64,000 bases of DNA from Desulfatiglandales bacterium (lineage in GTDB: Bacteria > Desulfobacterota > DSM-4660 > Desulfatiglandales > Desulfatiglandaceae): contig OY759599.1 in the NCBI GenBank assembly GCA_963662465.1, forward strand, positions 4,448,001 through 4,512,000. The letters are read 5' to 3'. The notes below the pieces were generated by a model. It did not search any database. It was not told the DNA's origin and saw nothing but the letters and a program-made list of their open reading frames with translations. Position numbers and translations under genes: made by a program. Positions 1 through 12,244 of this stretch are shown piece by piece (position 1 is the stretch's first letter; each line of letters starts with the position of its first letter).

Positions 1-150
1 ACTCATTTCAACATGCCCATTATAGGTGCTGGGCCCATCGATAGCTTCTTTTAGGTCTTTTCAAGGCATTGAAGGTAATGTCGGGATATTGGCAGATTGT
101 CAGGCTCGAATCAAGCATTTTCCATACCAAGTATTAGACAATTACAAATT

Positions 151-251
151 GAGGGTCCCGTAAAAAGTCAAAAAACCGAAATTCGCACCTAATGATATCA
201 ATGGTTTAGAGGTGCTAAAAAGACTAAAATCGGACTTTTTACGAGACCATC
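151..251. mobile_element. MITE-like element (101 bp)
   Basis: 19-bp imperfect terminal inverted repeats (gagggtcccgtaaaaagtc / gactttttacgagaccatc) flanked by direct repeat acaaatt at 144-150 and 252-258. Confidence 0.8.
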
Positions 252-348
252 ACAAATTAATTCCTGTGTAAAAAACACAAGAAGTTTCATGGAAAATTCA
301 ACTGTCCCTTAAACACCGATTTTCGCGTTGCGATGCGGCGAATAGAAA

Positions 349-417
349 TCCTTCAACGAATGGCATATCCTCGACATCAGCCAGGCCATTTGCCTGTACC
401 GCAAGCGGCAAAAGATC
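349..417 (+). pseudogene. pgm: Tiny fragment of phosphoglucomutase
   Basis: Translates SFNEWHILDISQAICLYRKRQKI, resembling the N-terminal region of alpha-D-glucose-phosphate-specific Pgm; no start and no remainder. Confidence 0.6.
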
Positions 418-555
418 GTTCGAGGACTCCAAATGTTTTGCTGAAGGAGGCTTCCTTGTGATCAGGCAAGAAATTGATACTCCTGGCATTGTAGTCCTTT
501 GCCTCTCAACAATCATCCAATCCGGGAACTTCAAACTGACTTTTTCCTCATCCTT

Positions 556-930
556 CTATTTCTTCCACAAACCATGGAGATTGCAGTATTCTCTTGCCGT
601 CACCTGGGCAGCATCGATCTTGAAAACCGCTTCCGGGGCAGCACCGGGTTTTAGAAACTGTCGGTACGCCTTTCCATCCGCGATAAGCTCAATCCACTCA
701 ATGTAATGTTTTTCTTCCATTGGGTGCGCCACTTCACCCACGGTGACTTTATAGCCATCCTGGGTTTTTTCCACCACGGGAACGTGTTTTTCCTTGGCAG
801 CATCCACTGTATTCTCTGTGAATTTCTTCATGGGCTGGCCGCAACAGACCAGTTCCCCTTCTCCACCGTGTAAAACCTCTATGATGTTTCCACACGCTTC
901 ACACTTATAAATCTCAAGTTTTTCCGCCAT
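556..930 (-). CDS. dfx: Desulfoferrodoxin (superoxide reductase)
   Basis: YKCEACGN...LVCCG desulforedoxin domain; [14 protein letters not shown] and YCNLHGLW motifs; ATG at 930 preceded by AAGGAG. Confidence 0.95.
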   Translation of the reverse strand: MAEKLEIYKCEACGNIIEVLHGGEGELVCCGQPMKKFTENTVDAAKEKHVPVVEKTQDGYKVTVGEVAHPMEEKHYIEWIELIADGKAYRQFLKPGAAPEAVFKIDAAQVTAREYCNLHGLWKK

Positions 931-1403
931 TTGTTTCTCCTTTTTCAAAAATGATTTGGTTCTTGCAGCCGATGGAACGGCTTTTTGCATATGAATACTT
1001 AGCTCCGAAATTTGACTTCCAGTTTACGAGCCGGATTTTCAAAAGGAAATGGGGTCAAGGCTGTATTTTTGCGTATTTTAAAATACACGATGCACCCCAT
1101 GTTTTCATCCGGGTTCTGGAATACACTTTATTTTCCTTTTTTATACCGTCTCCACCCCATTTACTTCTGCGCACTAAGGAGCCAGAATAATGTTGATTAT
1201 TTATGGTGGTAGGTCTTTAAAGTTTTTGTATTTATTACGGGTTTCGATGATGAGGTGGGATGCGAAAAAATGAGCGTTTTCCAAATGCCTTTTTGTTCAA
1301 GCCAGACGGCCATAAGCGCGGAACAGGCCAGAGCGGATAGCCTGGATGAACCCTGTGACGATGCCAGAGGGGGAGCGTAAAGCACCGTACTATTTTTGAA
1401 GGG

Positions 1404-1784
1404 ATGAGCTTTAGCGAAAAATATCAAACTGAAGGACATGTGCTCTATGTAATCGAAGACCTGGGGCATCACGCACCATGGTATGGTGAATTTGATCACT
1501 CCCACATTGAAAAAATCCACGAATGGGAACGTGAAACCGCGAAAAAACGGCTGGGAGATATCTGCGAGAAATATTTAAAAGGATGCCCTCTGTTTATCAA
1601 ACACATCGCCATCGGCGATCCCGCCACGGAAATCCTGAAGCTTGCCAATGACAAAGACATGGATATGATCATCATGGCCTCGCACGGGCGAAGAGGTCAG
1701 TTTGCCTTCGGAAGCGTTTCGGAAAAGGTCGTGAAGAATTCGAGGGTGCCCGTCGTTACGATCCCCACCACACCTAAAGGATAA
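1404..1784 (+). pseudogene. Universal stress protein, probably 5'-truncated
   Basis: GDPATEIL, MIIMASHG...FGSVSEKVV motifs; the first USP beta strand (ILxPTDFS) is absent. Confidence 0.7.
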
Positions 1785-1795
1785 TCAAGTATTGC

Positions 1796-1826
1796 ACAGG
1801 GGTCACCGGGACCCCTGTCACTTTTC
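1796..1826 (+). terminator. Putative intrinsic terminator
   Basis: 9-bp stem acaggggtc/gacccctgt with 5-nt loop and short T tract just after the USP stop. Confidence 0.55.
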
Positions 1827-2083
1827 ACCTTTCCACACCAAGCTTCAATTCTCCTTCACGGAATTTATGACAGAACGCAATCAGTACAACTTCACAGCTG
1901 TCCTGGGGAATCCTCCTTACACATGCGGGTTTCCGGATTCATACTATCATGGCGGCAAGGGACCGCCAAAGGAAAAGTATTCAAACGCTTATTCCATTTG
2001 CAATTAACAGACATGAAAGTTATGCTGAAGACGTTCCGGCAAATCTCAAATAATAGAACCCGTATAAACCGAGTCAGCGGACC

Positions 2084-4177
2084 GTGGGCAAAAAGGTTTC
2101 ATACCCCATATTAGGAAGTCTCCTCCTCGCTGCATTGTATGCTTGCAGCATCTACAACTATCTCCTTTTCCATAGTATCGCTGAAATTTTCTCCGTGGTG
2201 ATCGCCGGCGCTATTTTCGTCATCACTTGGAATACGAGGCAGTATCTCAGCAATAACTTTCTCCTTTTTCTGGGGATCGCCTACCTGTTTGTCGGGGGTC
2301 TCGATCTCATTCATACCCTTTCCTACAAAGGGATCGCCATATTTGAGGGGTACAATGCTGATCTAGCAACCCAGCTATGGATCGCAGCCCGGTTTTTTGA
2401 GAGCCTCTCAATCCTTGCGGCCTTTCTGTTTTTGGAAAGAAAATTCAGGGTCAGATCGGTATTTCTACTGTATGCCGCCATTTTTGCCATTTTGCTTTTA
2501 TCTATCTTTTGCTGGCGTGTATTTCCGGTCTGTTTTGTGGAAGGTGTAGGCCTTACGCCGTTTAAGAAAATCAGTGAATACATCATCTCTTTTTGTCTCC
2601 TTTCTTCCGCCGCCCTGTTGGTGGTTTATCGCGAAAAATTCGACGACAGCGTCCGTCGATGGATTATGGGTTCCATCGGTCTCAGCATCGCCTCGGAACT
2701 GACTTTCACCACCTATGTGACCGCCTACGGGCTACCCAATCTATTGGGGCATTATTTCAAAATCTTATCCTTTTGGTGCATCTACAAGGCGCTGGTCGAA
2801 ACCGGGCTCAGAAAACCATATTCGCTGTTTTTCAGGGAGTTGAAACAGAGCGAGGAGCAGTATCGTTCTCTTTTTACGAACATGTTCAGTGGGTTTGCCA
2901 AGCATAAGGCGTTGTTTGACGAAAATGGGAAACCGGTTGATTATGTATTTCTCCAGGTGAATAGGGCCTTCGAAAAAATCACGGGGCTTCGGGAAAAAGA
3001 CGTCATCGGAAAAAAAGTGACGGAGGCACTGCCAGGTATCACCGAAGATCCCGCCGACTGGATAGGCAACTTCGGCAGGGTTGCCCTGACCGGAGAACCA
3101 GCCCGCATGGAAGACTACGCGGGGCCGCTGAACCGATGGTATTCAGTAAGCGCTTATAGTCCGGAAAAGGGTCTTTTCGTAACGGTATTTGATGATATTA
3201 CCCAGCGAAAACAAAATGAGGAAGCGCTCCAAACGGCCAGTGAGATGCTGGAGATTCGCGTTCAAGAGCGAACAGCCGAACTCAGTCGTGCAAAAGAACT
3301 TTTCCAGACCATCATTGACAATATCCCCGTTATGATCTGCCTTTTTGATTCTCATGGGGATGTGAGAGTCTTGAACAGCTATTACAAAAGCCTGATCGGC
3401 TGGGACCCTGAGAAAAATGGAGACATGGACCTGGCAGAGGCATGTAAAATTGATTCCACCATCTGTGGAGAGATCTGGTCGCAAATGAAACAAAGAAAAC
3501 CGGTCTGGAAGGATATCATTCTTCACACAACACATGGAAAGGAGCTGGAAACCTCTTGGGCCTCAGTCGGACTGTCGGATAGGTCTCTCATCGCCATCGG
3601 CATCGACATCACTGAAAGGAAAAGCGCCGAAAAACAGACGGAAATTTATCTGGAACAACTGAAACGGAGCAACAAAGAACTTCAGAATTTTGCTTTTGTT
3701 GCATCCCATGATCTTCAGGAGCCTCTCCGGAAGATTCAGAGTTTCGGAGATCTGTTGGTCACCGAATTCAGCGATTCCATCTCTGAAGAGGGCCGGGATT
3801 TTCTGATGCGGATGCAGGATGCGGCAACAAGAATGCGTGTTTTGATCGACTCTCTCCTGGCCTATTCCCGCGTGACCACCAAAACCCAACAGTTCTTTCA
3901 AGTAAACCTGGTTGAGGCAGTGGAAGAGGCTCTGGCAAACCTTGCAATTCTTAAGGAAGAGAAAAATGCATCGGTTGAGGTGGGTGGACTCCCCACCGTG
4001 GAAGGGGATAAGATCCAAATGATACAGCTCTTTCAGAACCTCATCGGCAATGCCCTGAAATTCCACCGAAAGGGAGAGTCGCCGGAAGTAAAGATCTATG
4101 GCCACGGAAGCCATAAGGGCCGAATTGTATACTTCATGAAAGGGTTGCGAATACAGGATTTACCCTATTGTTTTTAG
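2084..4177 (+). pseudogene. MASE3-PAS sensor histidine kinase, C-terminally truncated
   Basis: N-terminal multi-TM MASE3-type region (NYLLFHSIAEIFS), PAS domains, H-box ASHDLQEPLR, N-box NLIGNALKF; G1/F/G2 boxes missing after ~4100. Confidence 0.8.
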
Positions 4178-4281
4178 AGGATCAAAATCGGTAAATATCA
4201 ATAGAAAAGCATTAAAAGGGTTAAGATGAAAGTGCCAATTTTGCCTGGTCGGTTCGGAGGATCAGAAAAAAGTAAATCCTT

Positions 4282-5525
4282 TTGTCCATGGAGACAATGA
4301 TTGTGACGAACGTCAAAAAAAACGGCTCCGAGGGTAAATTAAAAATCCTTCTGGTAGAAGACGACGCTGATGACCATGTTATCATACGGCACCATCTGTC
4401 CAAAATGCCCGGCAATGGTTTTTTCATGGACTGGGTCACCGATTATGATGAGGCCATGGCGGCGTTGGAATCTGACGGATATGATCTCTGTTTGCTCGAT
4501 TATCGCCTGGGCGTCCATACGGGGCTGGAGTTATTGGATCGGATCGGATGTGAAAATTGGCATACACCCATCATTTTCCTGACGGGACAGGGCGAATATG
4601 ATGTTGATATCCAGGCCATGAACCTGGGAGCGGCGGATTATCTTGTCAAGGATCATTTGACAAGTGATCTGCTGAACGATCCATCCGTTACACCCTTGAG
4701 AGAGAGGCCTCCCGGAGGGCGCTGCAAAACGCTAACCAAGTTCTGGAGCTACGGGTCCGGGAGAAAACCGCCGATCTGGCTGAAGCCAATAGGCAGTTAC
4801 ATCGGGAATCGGAGAAAATCAAGCTCTTTGCCTATTCGGTCTCTCATGATCTCAAGAACCCGGTCATCAGTCTCTATGGGCTGACGAAACGGTTATTTCA
4901 AAATTATGGAGATATACTCGACGAAAAGGGCCAGGCCCATTGCAGACATATCATGCAATCCGCACGGCAGATTGCCGCCCTCACCGAAGGAATCAATGCG
5001 TTCATCGCTTCTAAAGAGACCCCCATGAACACCATAGATCTGGACCTTGAAAAAACCGTGACCCATATCGGTCACGAATTTTCGGAACGTCTCCGGTTGC
5101 GAAACATCAAATGGTCATGCCCTGAACGTCTCCCCGTTATTCATGCCGACGCCCTTTCCCTGGAAAGAGTTTTAAGGAACCTTGTTGACAACGCTTTGAA
5201 ATACGGCGGCAAGGGACTCAAAGAGATTCGGATCGAATTCAGGGAGACGAAGGATTTCTGGATTATGTCGGTAAGCGATGACGGAATGGGCATCAGGACG
5301 GAAGATCCCAACAGCATATTTGGACCCTTCATGAGAATCGGATCATCACGGAAAGTAGACGGGTTGGGTCTGGGGCTGGCCATTGTAAAGGAAATTGCAG
5401 ACCGACACAAAGGAGAGGCCTGGGCGGAACGGGGCACCCTCGGCGGGGCGAGCATATCGGTCTCCTTCTCTAAAGGAATTGCTCAGAGCAAAACGGGGCC
5501 GAATGTCGCGGCGCCTTCAGAATGA
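4282..5525 (+). pseudogene. Hybrid receiver-histidine kinase, frameshifted near 4675
   Basis: Receiver (ILLVEDD, LLDYRL) in ORF 4282-4884; the shifted frame carries SHDLKNP and the HATPase (NLVDNALKY, DDGMG, GLGLGLAIV). Confidence 0.8.
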
Positions 5526-5557
5526 TTTTCTAAAAAATAAACCTAAAAGGCGAACCC

Positions 5558-8044
5558 ATGGACTTTAAAAAAATCAGCAGTCAAGAAGCCGAAAAAAAAA
5601 GCATTGAGGAAATTTACCATATTTTTGAGAGCAGTCCTGAGGGACTCAGCGGGTCCGAGGTCCGGAAAAGGTTGGAAACCTACGGACCCAATGCACTTGA
5701 GGAAAAAAAGGGAAACCCCCTCCTCAAGTTTCTGGACTATTTCTGGGGACCCATCCCCTGGATGATCGAAATCGCCGCAATTCTCTCCTTTGCGGTTCGC
5801 CATTGGGCCGATTTCATCATCATCATGGTCTTGCTCCTGTTTAATGCGGTGATCGGTTTCTGGGAGGAGTACCAGGCATCCAACGCCCTTGAAGCCCTGA
5901 AAGAGCAGCTGGCCCTCAAGGCCCGGGTGCGACGGGAAGGGAAGTGGCAAAATCTCCCCGCACGGGAACTCGTGCCGGGAGATATTATCCGTATGCGACC
6001 CGGAGACATTGTCCCGGCCGACGTGAAGCTCATAGATGGAGATTATCTGAGCGTCGATCAATCCGCACTCACGGGCGAGTCCCTGCCCGTGGAAAAAAAG
6101 ATGAGCGAAATCGTCTATTCGGGGTCCATTGCCAAACAGGGAGAGATGGTGGGGTTGGTGACCTCAACGGGTTCAAACACCTACTTCGGCCGCACGGCAA
6201 AACTGGTAGAGAGTGCGGGGGCCGTTTCCCATTTCCAGAAAGCGGTTCTTCGGGTCGGCAACTTTCTCATCTTCATGGCCCTCGGGCTCAGTATCATCCT
6301 GGTACTGGTGGAGTTAATGCGCGGTGTCAGCATTCTCGATCTCCTTCAGTTTGTCCTGATCCTGGTGGTGGCCTCCATCCCCGTAGCCATGCCGGCTGTC
6401 CTCTCGGTAACCATGGCCCTGGGCGCCCTCGCCCTCTCCCGAAAGAAAGCCATCGTTTCCCGGCTTCAGTCCATTGAGGAAATGGCGGGAGTCGACATCC
6501 TCTGTTGCGATAAAACCGGAACGTTGACCCAAAACAAGCTCACTTTAGGGGACCCGGTCCCCTTTAAAGCCGGAAATCCTCAGGAATTGATCCTGGCAGG
6601 CTCCCTGGCGTCAAAAGAAGAGGATCAGGATGCCATTGATCAGGCCGTCATGGGAGGGTTGGAGAGTCCTGATGCGCTCAAGCGCTACCAGCAGGTCAAG
6701 TTTGTTCCATTCGATCCGGTGGGCAAACGTACCGAAGCCACGGTCAAAGACGATCAGGGCAACACCTTCAAGGTCTCCAAAGGCGCACCCCAGGTGATGC
6801 TCGATTTGTGCCCCATGGACAAGGAAACCAGAGACAGGGCGCAGAAAACGGTGGATGAATTCGCAGCCAAAGGATACCGCACCCTGGGGGTTGCCAAAAG
6901 TGAAGAAGGCAAAGATTGGCAATTTTTAGGCATCCTTCCCTTGTATGATCCCCCCAGAGAAGACTCCACTGAAACCGTCACCCAGGTGAAAAAATACGGC
7001 ATCAAAATGAAAATGTTAACCGGAGACGACGTAGCCATCGGCCGAGAGACCGCCCGTCAACTGGGAATGGGAACCAACATTCAGGCGGCCGACAAACTCT
7101 TCGGAGGGGAAGGAGACACGCTGCATCTCAGCCACGATGCGGCCCTCAAGATAGAAGCCGCGGATGGGTTTGCCCGAGTCTTTCCTGAACACAAATACAG
7201 TATTGTTAAAGCCTTGCAGGAACGCAACCATATCGTGGCCATGACCGGGGACGGAGTGAACGATGCCCCCGCGCTGAAGCAGGCGGATGCGGGCGTGGCG
7301 GTCTCAGGCGCCACCAATGCCGCTCAGTCGGCGGCGTCCCTCGTCCTGACGGCGCCCGGACTTTCAGTCATCATCAAGGCGGTGGAGGAAGCACGACAAA
7401 TCTTTGAACGGATGATGAGCTACACCATCTACCGCATCGCCATGACCATCGACATTATGTTTTTTGTGGTTCTGGCCATGATCCTTTTCAACTATTTCCC
7501 TCTCACTCCCGTCATGATCATTCTCCTGGCACTGCTCGACGACATCCCCATTATGGCCATCGCCTATGACAACACCTGGCTCAGCCAAAAACCGGTGAGA
7601 TGGGAAATGCAGCGGGTACTTTCCGTTTCGAGCATCCTGGGATTTCTGGCCATTCTGGAAAGCTTCGGGTTACTCCTCATCGGCAAGGAAGTATTTCACC
7701 TGAATACGCCTCAGCTCCAAACCTTGATTTTTCTTCAATTAGTGGCGGGAGGTCACCTCATGCTTTTCCTCACCCGCACGAAAAAAGCCTTCTGGCACCC
7801 TCCCTACCCTTCCTGGCAGCTTTTCTGGGCCATTGTGGGAACCCAGGTTTTGGCCGTTCTGATGACGGGATTCGGCTGGCTGGTCCCCGCCCTCGCCTGG
7901 AAAGTGGTCGGTTTGGTCTGGGTCTATAATCTGGTCTGGATGGTGATTCAAGATGGCATAAAACTGGGCGTCTACCGGCTTATCGAGAACCGCACCAGAC
8001 ATCACCGAAACTTTCTAAAAACCATGAATCAGCCGCTTCATTAA
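5558..8044 (+). CDS. Plasma-membrane proton-efflux P-type ATPase (type IIIA)
   Basis: FWGPIPWMIE, LTGES, IPVAMPAV, DKTGTLT, KGAP, MTGDGVNDAPALK motifs; 828 aa, intact. Confidence 0.93.
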   Translation: MDFKKISSQEAEKKSIEEIYHIFESSPEGLSGSEVRKRLETYGPNALEEKKGNPLLKFLDYFWGPIPWMIEIAAILSFAVRHWADFIIIMVLLLFNAVIGFWEEYQASNALEALKEQLALKARVRREGKWQNLPARELVPGDIIRMRPGDIVPADVKLIDGDYLSVDQSALTGESLPVEKKMSEIVYSGSIAKQGEMVGLVTSTGSNTYFGRTAKLVESAGAVSHFQKAVLRVGNFLIFMALGLSIILVLVELMRGVSILDLLQFVLILVVASIPVAMPAVLSVTMALGALALSRKKAIVSRLQSIEEMAGVDILCCDKTGTLTQNKLTLGDPVPFKAGNPQELILAGSLASKEEDQDAIDQAVMGGLESPDALKRYQQVKFVPFDPVGKRTEATVKDDQGNTFKVSKGAPQVMLDLCPMDKETRDRAQKTVDEFAAKGYRTLGVAKSEEGKDWQFLGILPLYDPPREDSTETVTQVKKYGIKMKMLTGDDVAIGRETARQLGMGTNIQAADKLFGGEGDTLHLSHDAALKIEAADGFARVFPEHKYSIVKALQERNHIVAMTGDGVNDAPALKQADAGVAVSGATNAAQSAASLVLTAPGLSVIIKAVEEARQIFERMMSYTIYRIAMTIDIMFFVVLAMILFNYFPLTPVMIILLALLDDIPIMAIAYDNTWLSQKPVRWEMQRVLSVSSILGFLAILESFGLLLIGKEVFHLNTPQLQTLIFLQLVAGGHLMLFLTRTKKAFWHPPYPSWQLFWAIVGTQVLAVLMTGFGWLVPALAWKVVGLVWVYNLVWMVIQDGIKLGVYRLIENRTRHHRNFLKTMNQPLH

Positions 8045-8168
8045 TCAGGGATTTCCGAAAGAGGTGATTTCCGGTTATATTGGTGGAACCGAGTCAATAG
8101 GAAACCCAACCCCGATTCAATATGGGGTTGACACAGGTATTTCAGGCGTTTCATGATAAGGAGAATCC

Positions 8169-8738
8169 ATGAATGATAAACCAGCAGCTGCCGGAAAGAG
8201 CAGTTTTGATCTAATCGATAGCGCAAAAGTATTTGCAATGATGGATGTAGAGCCTGGCTCAACTTTTCTTGATTTGGCCTGCGGTATCGGCAATTACAGC
8301 ATTGCAATGGCAAAAAATATGAAGGGAAAAGGTGTTATTTACTCGATTGACCTTTGGCGGGAGAGCATAGAAAGCTTAGACCAGGAAATCGAAACAAAGG
8401 GCATAAAAAACATCAAGCCCATGGTAGCAGATATCCGCGAAAAACTGCCGTTTGAAGAGAATTCCGTAGACGCCTGCCTGCTGGCAACCGTATTGCATGA
8501 CCTGTCAAAAAATGATCAAAAAGCCATTCTCAAAGAAATCGCCCGTGTTGTAAAACCTGGGGGGATGGTCAACATCCTCGAATTCAAAAAAATTGATAAA
8601 GGCCCCGGTCCGCCGGCTGGCATAAGGATGCATGAGGAAGATGTTGAGAACCTTGTCGCGCCATATGGCTTCAGGAAGGTTGACAGAGGCGAAGTGGGGG
8701 AATTCAACTACTTACTGAAATACAAAAGCATTCGATAG
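8169..8738 (+). CDS. Class I SAM-dependent methyltransferase
   Basis: FLDLACGIG motif I; RVVKPGG; AGGAG RBS. Confidence 0.85.
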   Translation: MNDKPAAAGKSSFDLIDSAKVFAMMDVEPGSTFLDLACGIGNYSIAMAKNMKGKGVIYSIDLWRESIESLDQEIETKGIKNIKPMVADIREKLPFEENSVDACLLATVLHDLSKNDQKAILKEIARVVKPGGMVNILEFKKIDKGPGPPAGIRMHEEDVENLVAPYGFRKVDRGEVGEFNYLLKYKSIR

Positions 8739-8745
8739 TGACTCT

Positions 8746-8860
8746 ATGAGTGGATCCAAACCGAAAAAATAGGATATTGGGAGGTCACCGCCATTGGGAT
8801 CGGCGGGTGAGCGACGGCATCTTTGCAGCCGTCAATGGCGCCAATGTGATATTCGCCCAA
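8746..8860 (+). pseudogene. Collapsed remnant of an APC-family amino acid permease
   Basis: KIGYWEVTAIGIGG (first TM) followed almost directly by GIFAAVNGANV (late TM-like); about 100 bp left. Confidence 0.45.
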
Positions 8861-9166
8861 GGACCCAAAGTAAAAGATGCTTTCACTATTGGGTGTTGGG
8901 TTGGGAAATGACCTACAAAAAATCAGTGTTTTCCTGATTGACCTGCTCTCATGTCCCGAGCATAATCCTTTTTAAAGAATTCATTTCTGTTGAAATTGAT
9001 AAATAAATGTGTTTATAACTAACCCTTGGATTAAGGAAGAGCCTGTTAATCGAGCAGGCAATGCCTTTGTCTTGAAGCAGTTGCCCGATACACCCCACTC
9101 GTGGAAAAGATTTTCGAGTTCTTTCCTGATAACATATTGAACCCGAAACGCATAAGCGGAGGGTAG

Positions 9167-9631
9167 ATGGAAAGGAATACGAGGAGTCAAAATAGAGGGC
9201 ATGTTGTGCCCCCAACGATTCTCGTAGCCGAAGACGATCCGGATGACAGATTCCTAATGGGACGAGCCTTCCGGGAGCTGGATGTCCGTGCGGCTCTTCG
9301 TTTTGTGGGGGACGGGGAAGAGCTCATGCGTTATTTAGCCGGCGATGACGCGGATAGGAATCCTGAAGAGTGCTTTTCACCGCCGGGTTTGCTTTTTCTG
9401 GATCTGAATATGCCCAAAAAGGATGGTCGTGAAGCCCTTTTAGCAATCAGATCGGATCCGCGCTTCCGAGATTTAGCCATCGTCGTATGGACCACTTCAA
9501 ACCGTGCGGTAGATAAGGCCTTTTGTAAAGAAAACGGCGCCAGTTCCTATGTCACAAAACCACACACCTACACGGAACTGGTTAAGGCAATCCAAAAGGT
9601 CGTGAGCGAGTGGCTACCGCTTTCCGGTTAA
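9167..9631 (+). CDS. Single-domain response regulator (Rcp1-like)
   Basis: ILVAEDDPDD, FLDLNMPKKDGRE, WTTS, YVTKP. Confidence 0.9.
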   Translation: MERNTRSQNRGHVVPPTILVAEDDPDDRFLMGRAFRELDVRAALRFVGDGEELMRYLAGDDADRNPEECFSPPGLLFLDLNMPKKDGREALLAIRSDPRFRDLAIVVWTTSNRAVDKAFCKENGASSYVTKPHTYTELVKAIQKVVSEWLPLSG

Positions 9632-10049
9632 ACCATGTTACGGACTCAAGGCGTGGTGGAAAAGCTTAAAAGAATGGAAACCCTTGCAAGAACCCATCGT
9701 CTTTGCTTCTTGAGAAACAGTCCGTAAACCTCCCCAATGCGCGTTGGAAGGTAATCCTAATCCCAGCATTATACGTTCCTACGGCAACACCGGGGTCAAA
9801 CCCGTGAGGCGGGAAGTGCAAACAAACGGTGCCATTTAATTTAGCGTGCATACTGGTTCTTTTTGATAAAAATACAGGGTAACCGTTCACGGTTTACGGT
9901 TGCCGGTTTACGGTTGAAAAAGAGAGGATAACGGAAGAGTATGGGGGTCCTCTTGTGAAGATTTAAAAAATTGCGGTTATCAATCCCAACATAATTCCGC
10001 ATCCTTCATTACCCCATTTATGTGGAAGATGAATTGCGTCTCGGGATAC

Positions 10050-10105
10050 CGGTCACCACCATCATTCAGATCGTGGTCTTTGGGTATGCCGCCACCTTCG
10101 ACCTC
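10050..10105 (+). pseudogene. ABC-2 permease fragment
   Basis: IIQIVVFGYAATFDL, same motif as the fragment near 22850. Confidence 0.5.
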
Positions 10106-11259
10106 GAACGGATGCCCTCGATCTCAAATTCACCCGCAATCTTTTGTTGCGCCGTCCCACGTCGATTCAGGTCATCGTCTGCTCTGGCCATAGTACTGAC
10201 CCATGATGCTGATCGGGCTTATTACCCTGACTTTTGCGGGCATTTTGTTCCGGCATCACCTTTACTGAGAAGAATGTTTATCTGAAGTACACTCTGAAAT
10301 GCCCATGAATGCAGGATACACCCCATTGCTTTCACATGGAAAACCCCATAGACTCAATTCCGTAAACATTAAGGAGGCGCACCCATTTTCATAGAAGGAG
10401 CTTGCCCATGCAACAACAAACCATCATACGATCTCCAGTGGGACCCATGGCCTGGGAGTTCCGGGCAGGGTCTCAGGAAAACCCATATCCGGATTTTCGA
10501 AATTTCAGCGTACCAGACCCGAAACTACCCGAAATCCGATTAACGCTCCCCCTACCCATCCCCATAAACGACGAGGCTTGCCGCCTTTCGCGGTACGGGT
10601 ATCTCCAGACATTCCCCAATCGGAATCCAATGTACGGTTCGGGCCTGACCGGTTTTTAAAAGACTTTGGCTTGTTGGGAGAGCCACAATTTTATACACAC
10701 AAGAGAAGATCCGCAGTTTGACGGTAGAATTTGGGAGCAGTCCGCAACAAAATCCAGATCAGAGGAGGAGCACCATGGAAGATATGGAAGGATACCGAAC
10801 CCAAATCGAAGCGCAAATGACCGATTTTAACGAAAATCTTGAACAGGTCATTGCCAAAGCAAAGGAGAAGAAAAATACCCATTCACAGGTTCATGTCCAA
10901 AATCTTCTGAAAAAATAGGAAGATTTGTCCTTTGTGCATTGTTTTATCATCAATCCCAAATCCGGTTCCATATATCAATAATCAATGAACTGTTACGGCA
11001 TTCTCCCATAAATACGCTTTCACCCGGAAATTGAAATGGGTTGTATCCAGTATTTCTGATCCGGGAATGGAGTATTGCCTGAAAAAGCCAATTTTTCTTT
11101 AAGAGTTCACATGTTACCATTTTTTCAACCATAGCAGTCGGGATTTTTATGTGGAGTTTTTAGCCCTTAAAATACTCTCGCCACCCCATTGCATCTCAAT
11201 ATCCTCTTTTGATAATATCAAACTGGATAAAGAAAACATTTTCGACAGGAGGTCAGTTC

Positions 11260-11877
11260 ATGAAAATTTTGATTGTCTATTACTCCATGTACGGCCATGT
11301 ATTTCAAATGGCCCGGGCCGTGGAAAAAGGGGTTCAGTCTGTTGCGGATGCGGAGGTGCAGCTCAGACGGGTTGAGGAATTCCCGGAAAACATGGCGCAC
11401 ATCCGCGAGAGCGATCATGCCCGTCCGGTGTGGGAGGAACAGGAAAAAATTCCCGTATGCTCCCTGGATGATTTGCGGACGGCCGATGGTATTCTGTTCG
11501 GAACCCCCACCCGTTTTGGAAACATGGCCGCGCAAATGAAGCGGTTCATCGACTCCACGGCCCAACTCTGGCTTGAAGGCGCCCTGGAAAGCAAACCGGC
11601 CGGCATTTTTACCTCGACGGCCACGGCACACGGCGGACAAGAGACTACAGCGCTAACGTTCATGGTCCCCCTGCTCCATCTGGGAATGCTCATCGTGGGA
11701 GTCCCCTACTCCACCCCCGGCATGCTTCACACGGAAGGCCGCGGCGGCACCCCTTACGGGGCTTCCACCCTGGCCGGTTCCCAAAACCAATTGAACCCTG
11801 CCCCGGAGGATCTGGAAATCGCCACTGCCCAGGGTCGGAGGGTGGCCCTCATCGCTTCAAAACTCAAAACGGACTAA
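11260..11877 (+). CDS. wrbA: NAD(P)H:quinone oxidoreductase WrbA
   Basis: YYSMYGH, GTPTRFGNM, HGGQETT, GGTPYGAS; AGGAGG RBS. Confidence 0.95.
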   Translation: MKILIVYYSMYGHVFQMARAVEKGVQSVADAEVQLRRVEEFPENMAHIRESDHARPVWEEQEKIPVCSLDDLRTADGILFGTPTRFGNMAAQMKRFIDSTAQLWLEGALESKPAGIFTSTATAHGGQETTALTFMVPLLHLGMLIVGVPYSTPGMLHTEGRGGTPYGASTLAGSQNQLNPAPEDLEIATAQGRRVALIASKLKTD

Positions 11878-12244
11878 AACGGTCGGACGCCGTTTTAGAT
11901 GAACCCTTAAGAACGCTACGGATGGGTCAGGAGCCCCTTGCCTGACCTTATCCGCGCGGTCGTCGCCAATCAAAATAGTTCCGGAATTGGCCAACAGATC
12001 CACTTCCGTGACGTCACCGGAAATCAATTCGTTAAGCCGGATACGATAATAAAAGGGCAGATCATGTATTTTCGAGGCAGAAAACCCCCGGCACAAATGA
12101 TCCGCTTCTATTTCCGGCTCGCCAAAGCACAACAGAATTTGTAACCATTTACGGGTTCAAAGGTCCGGACCGATGATGCCAACTATGACCGAGAGATGTT
12201 ATACAAGCCTGCGAATGCACACACTGAGAACCTTCCAGCGGGTC

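Noticed and set aside
9889..9916. Heptamer repeats (acggttt/acggttg), with similar short runs near 42385 and 59030
   Set aside because: Only 2-4 degenerate units and no associated gene; too weak to interpret.
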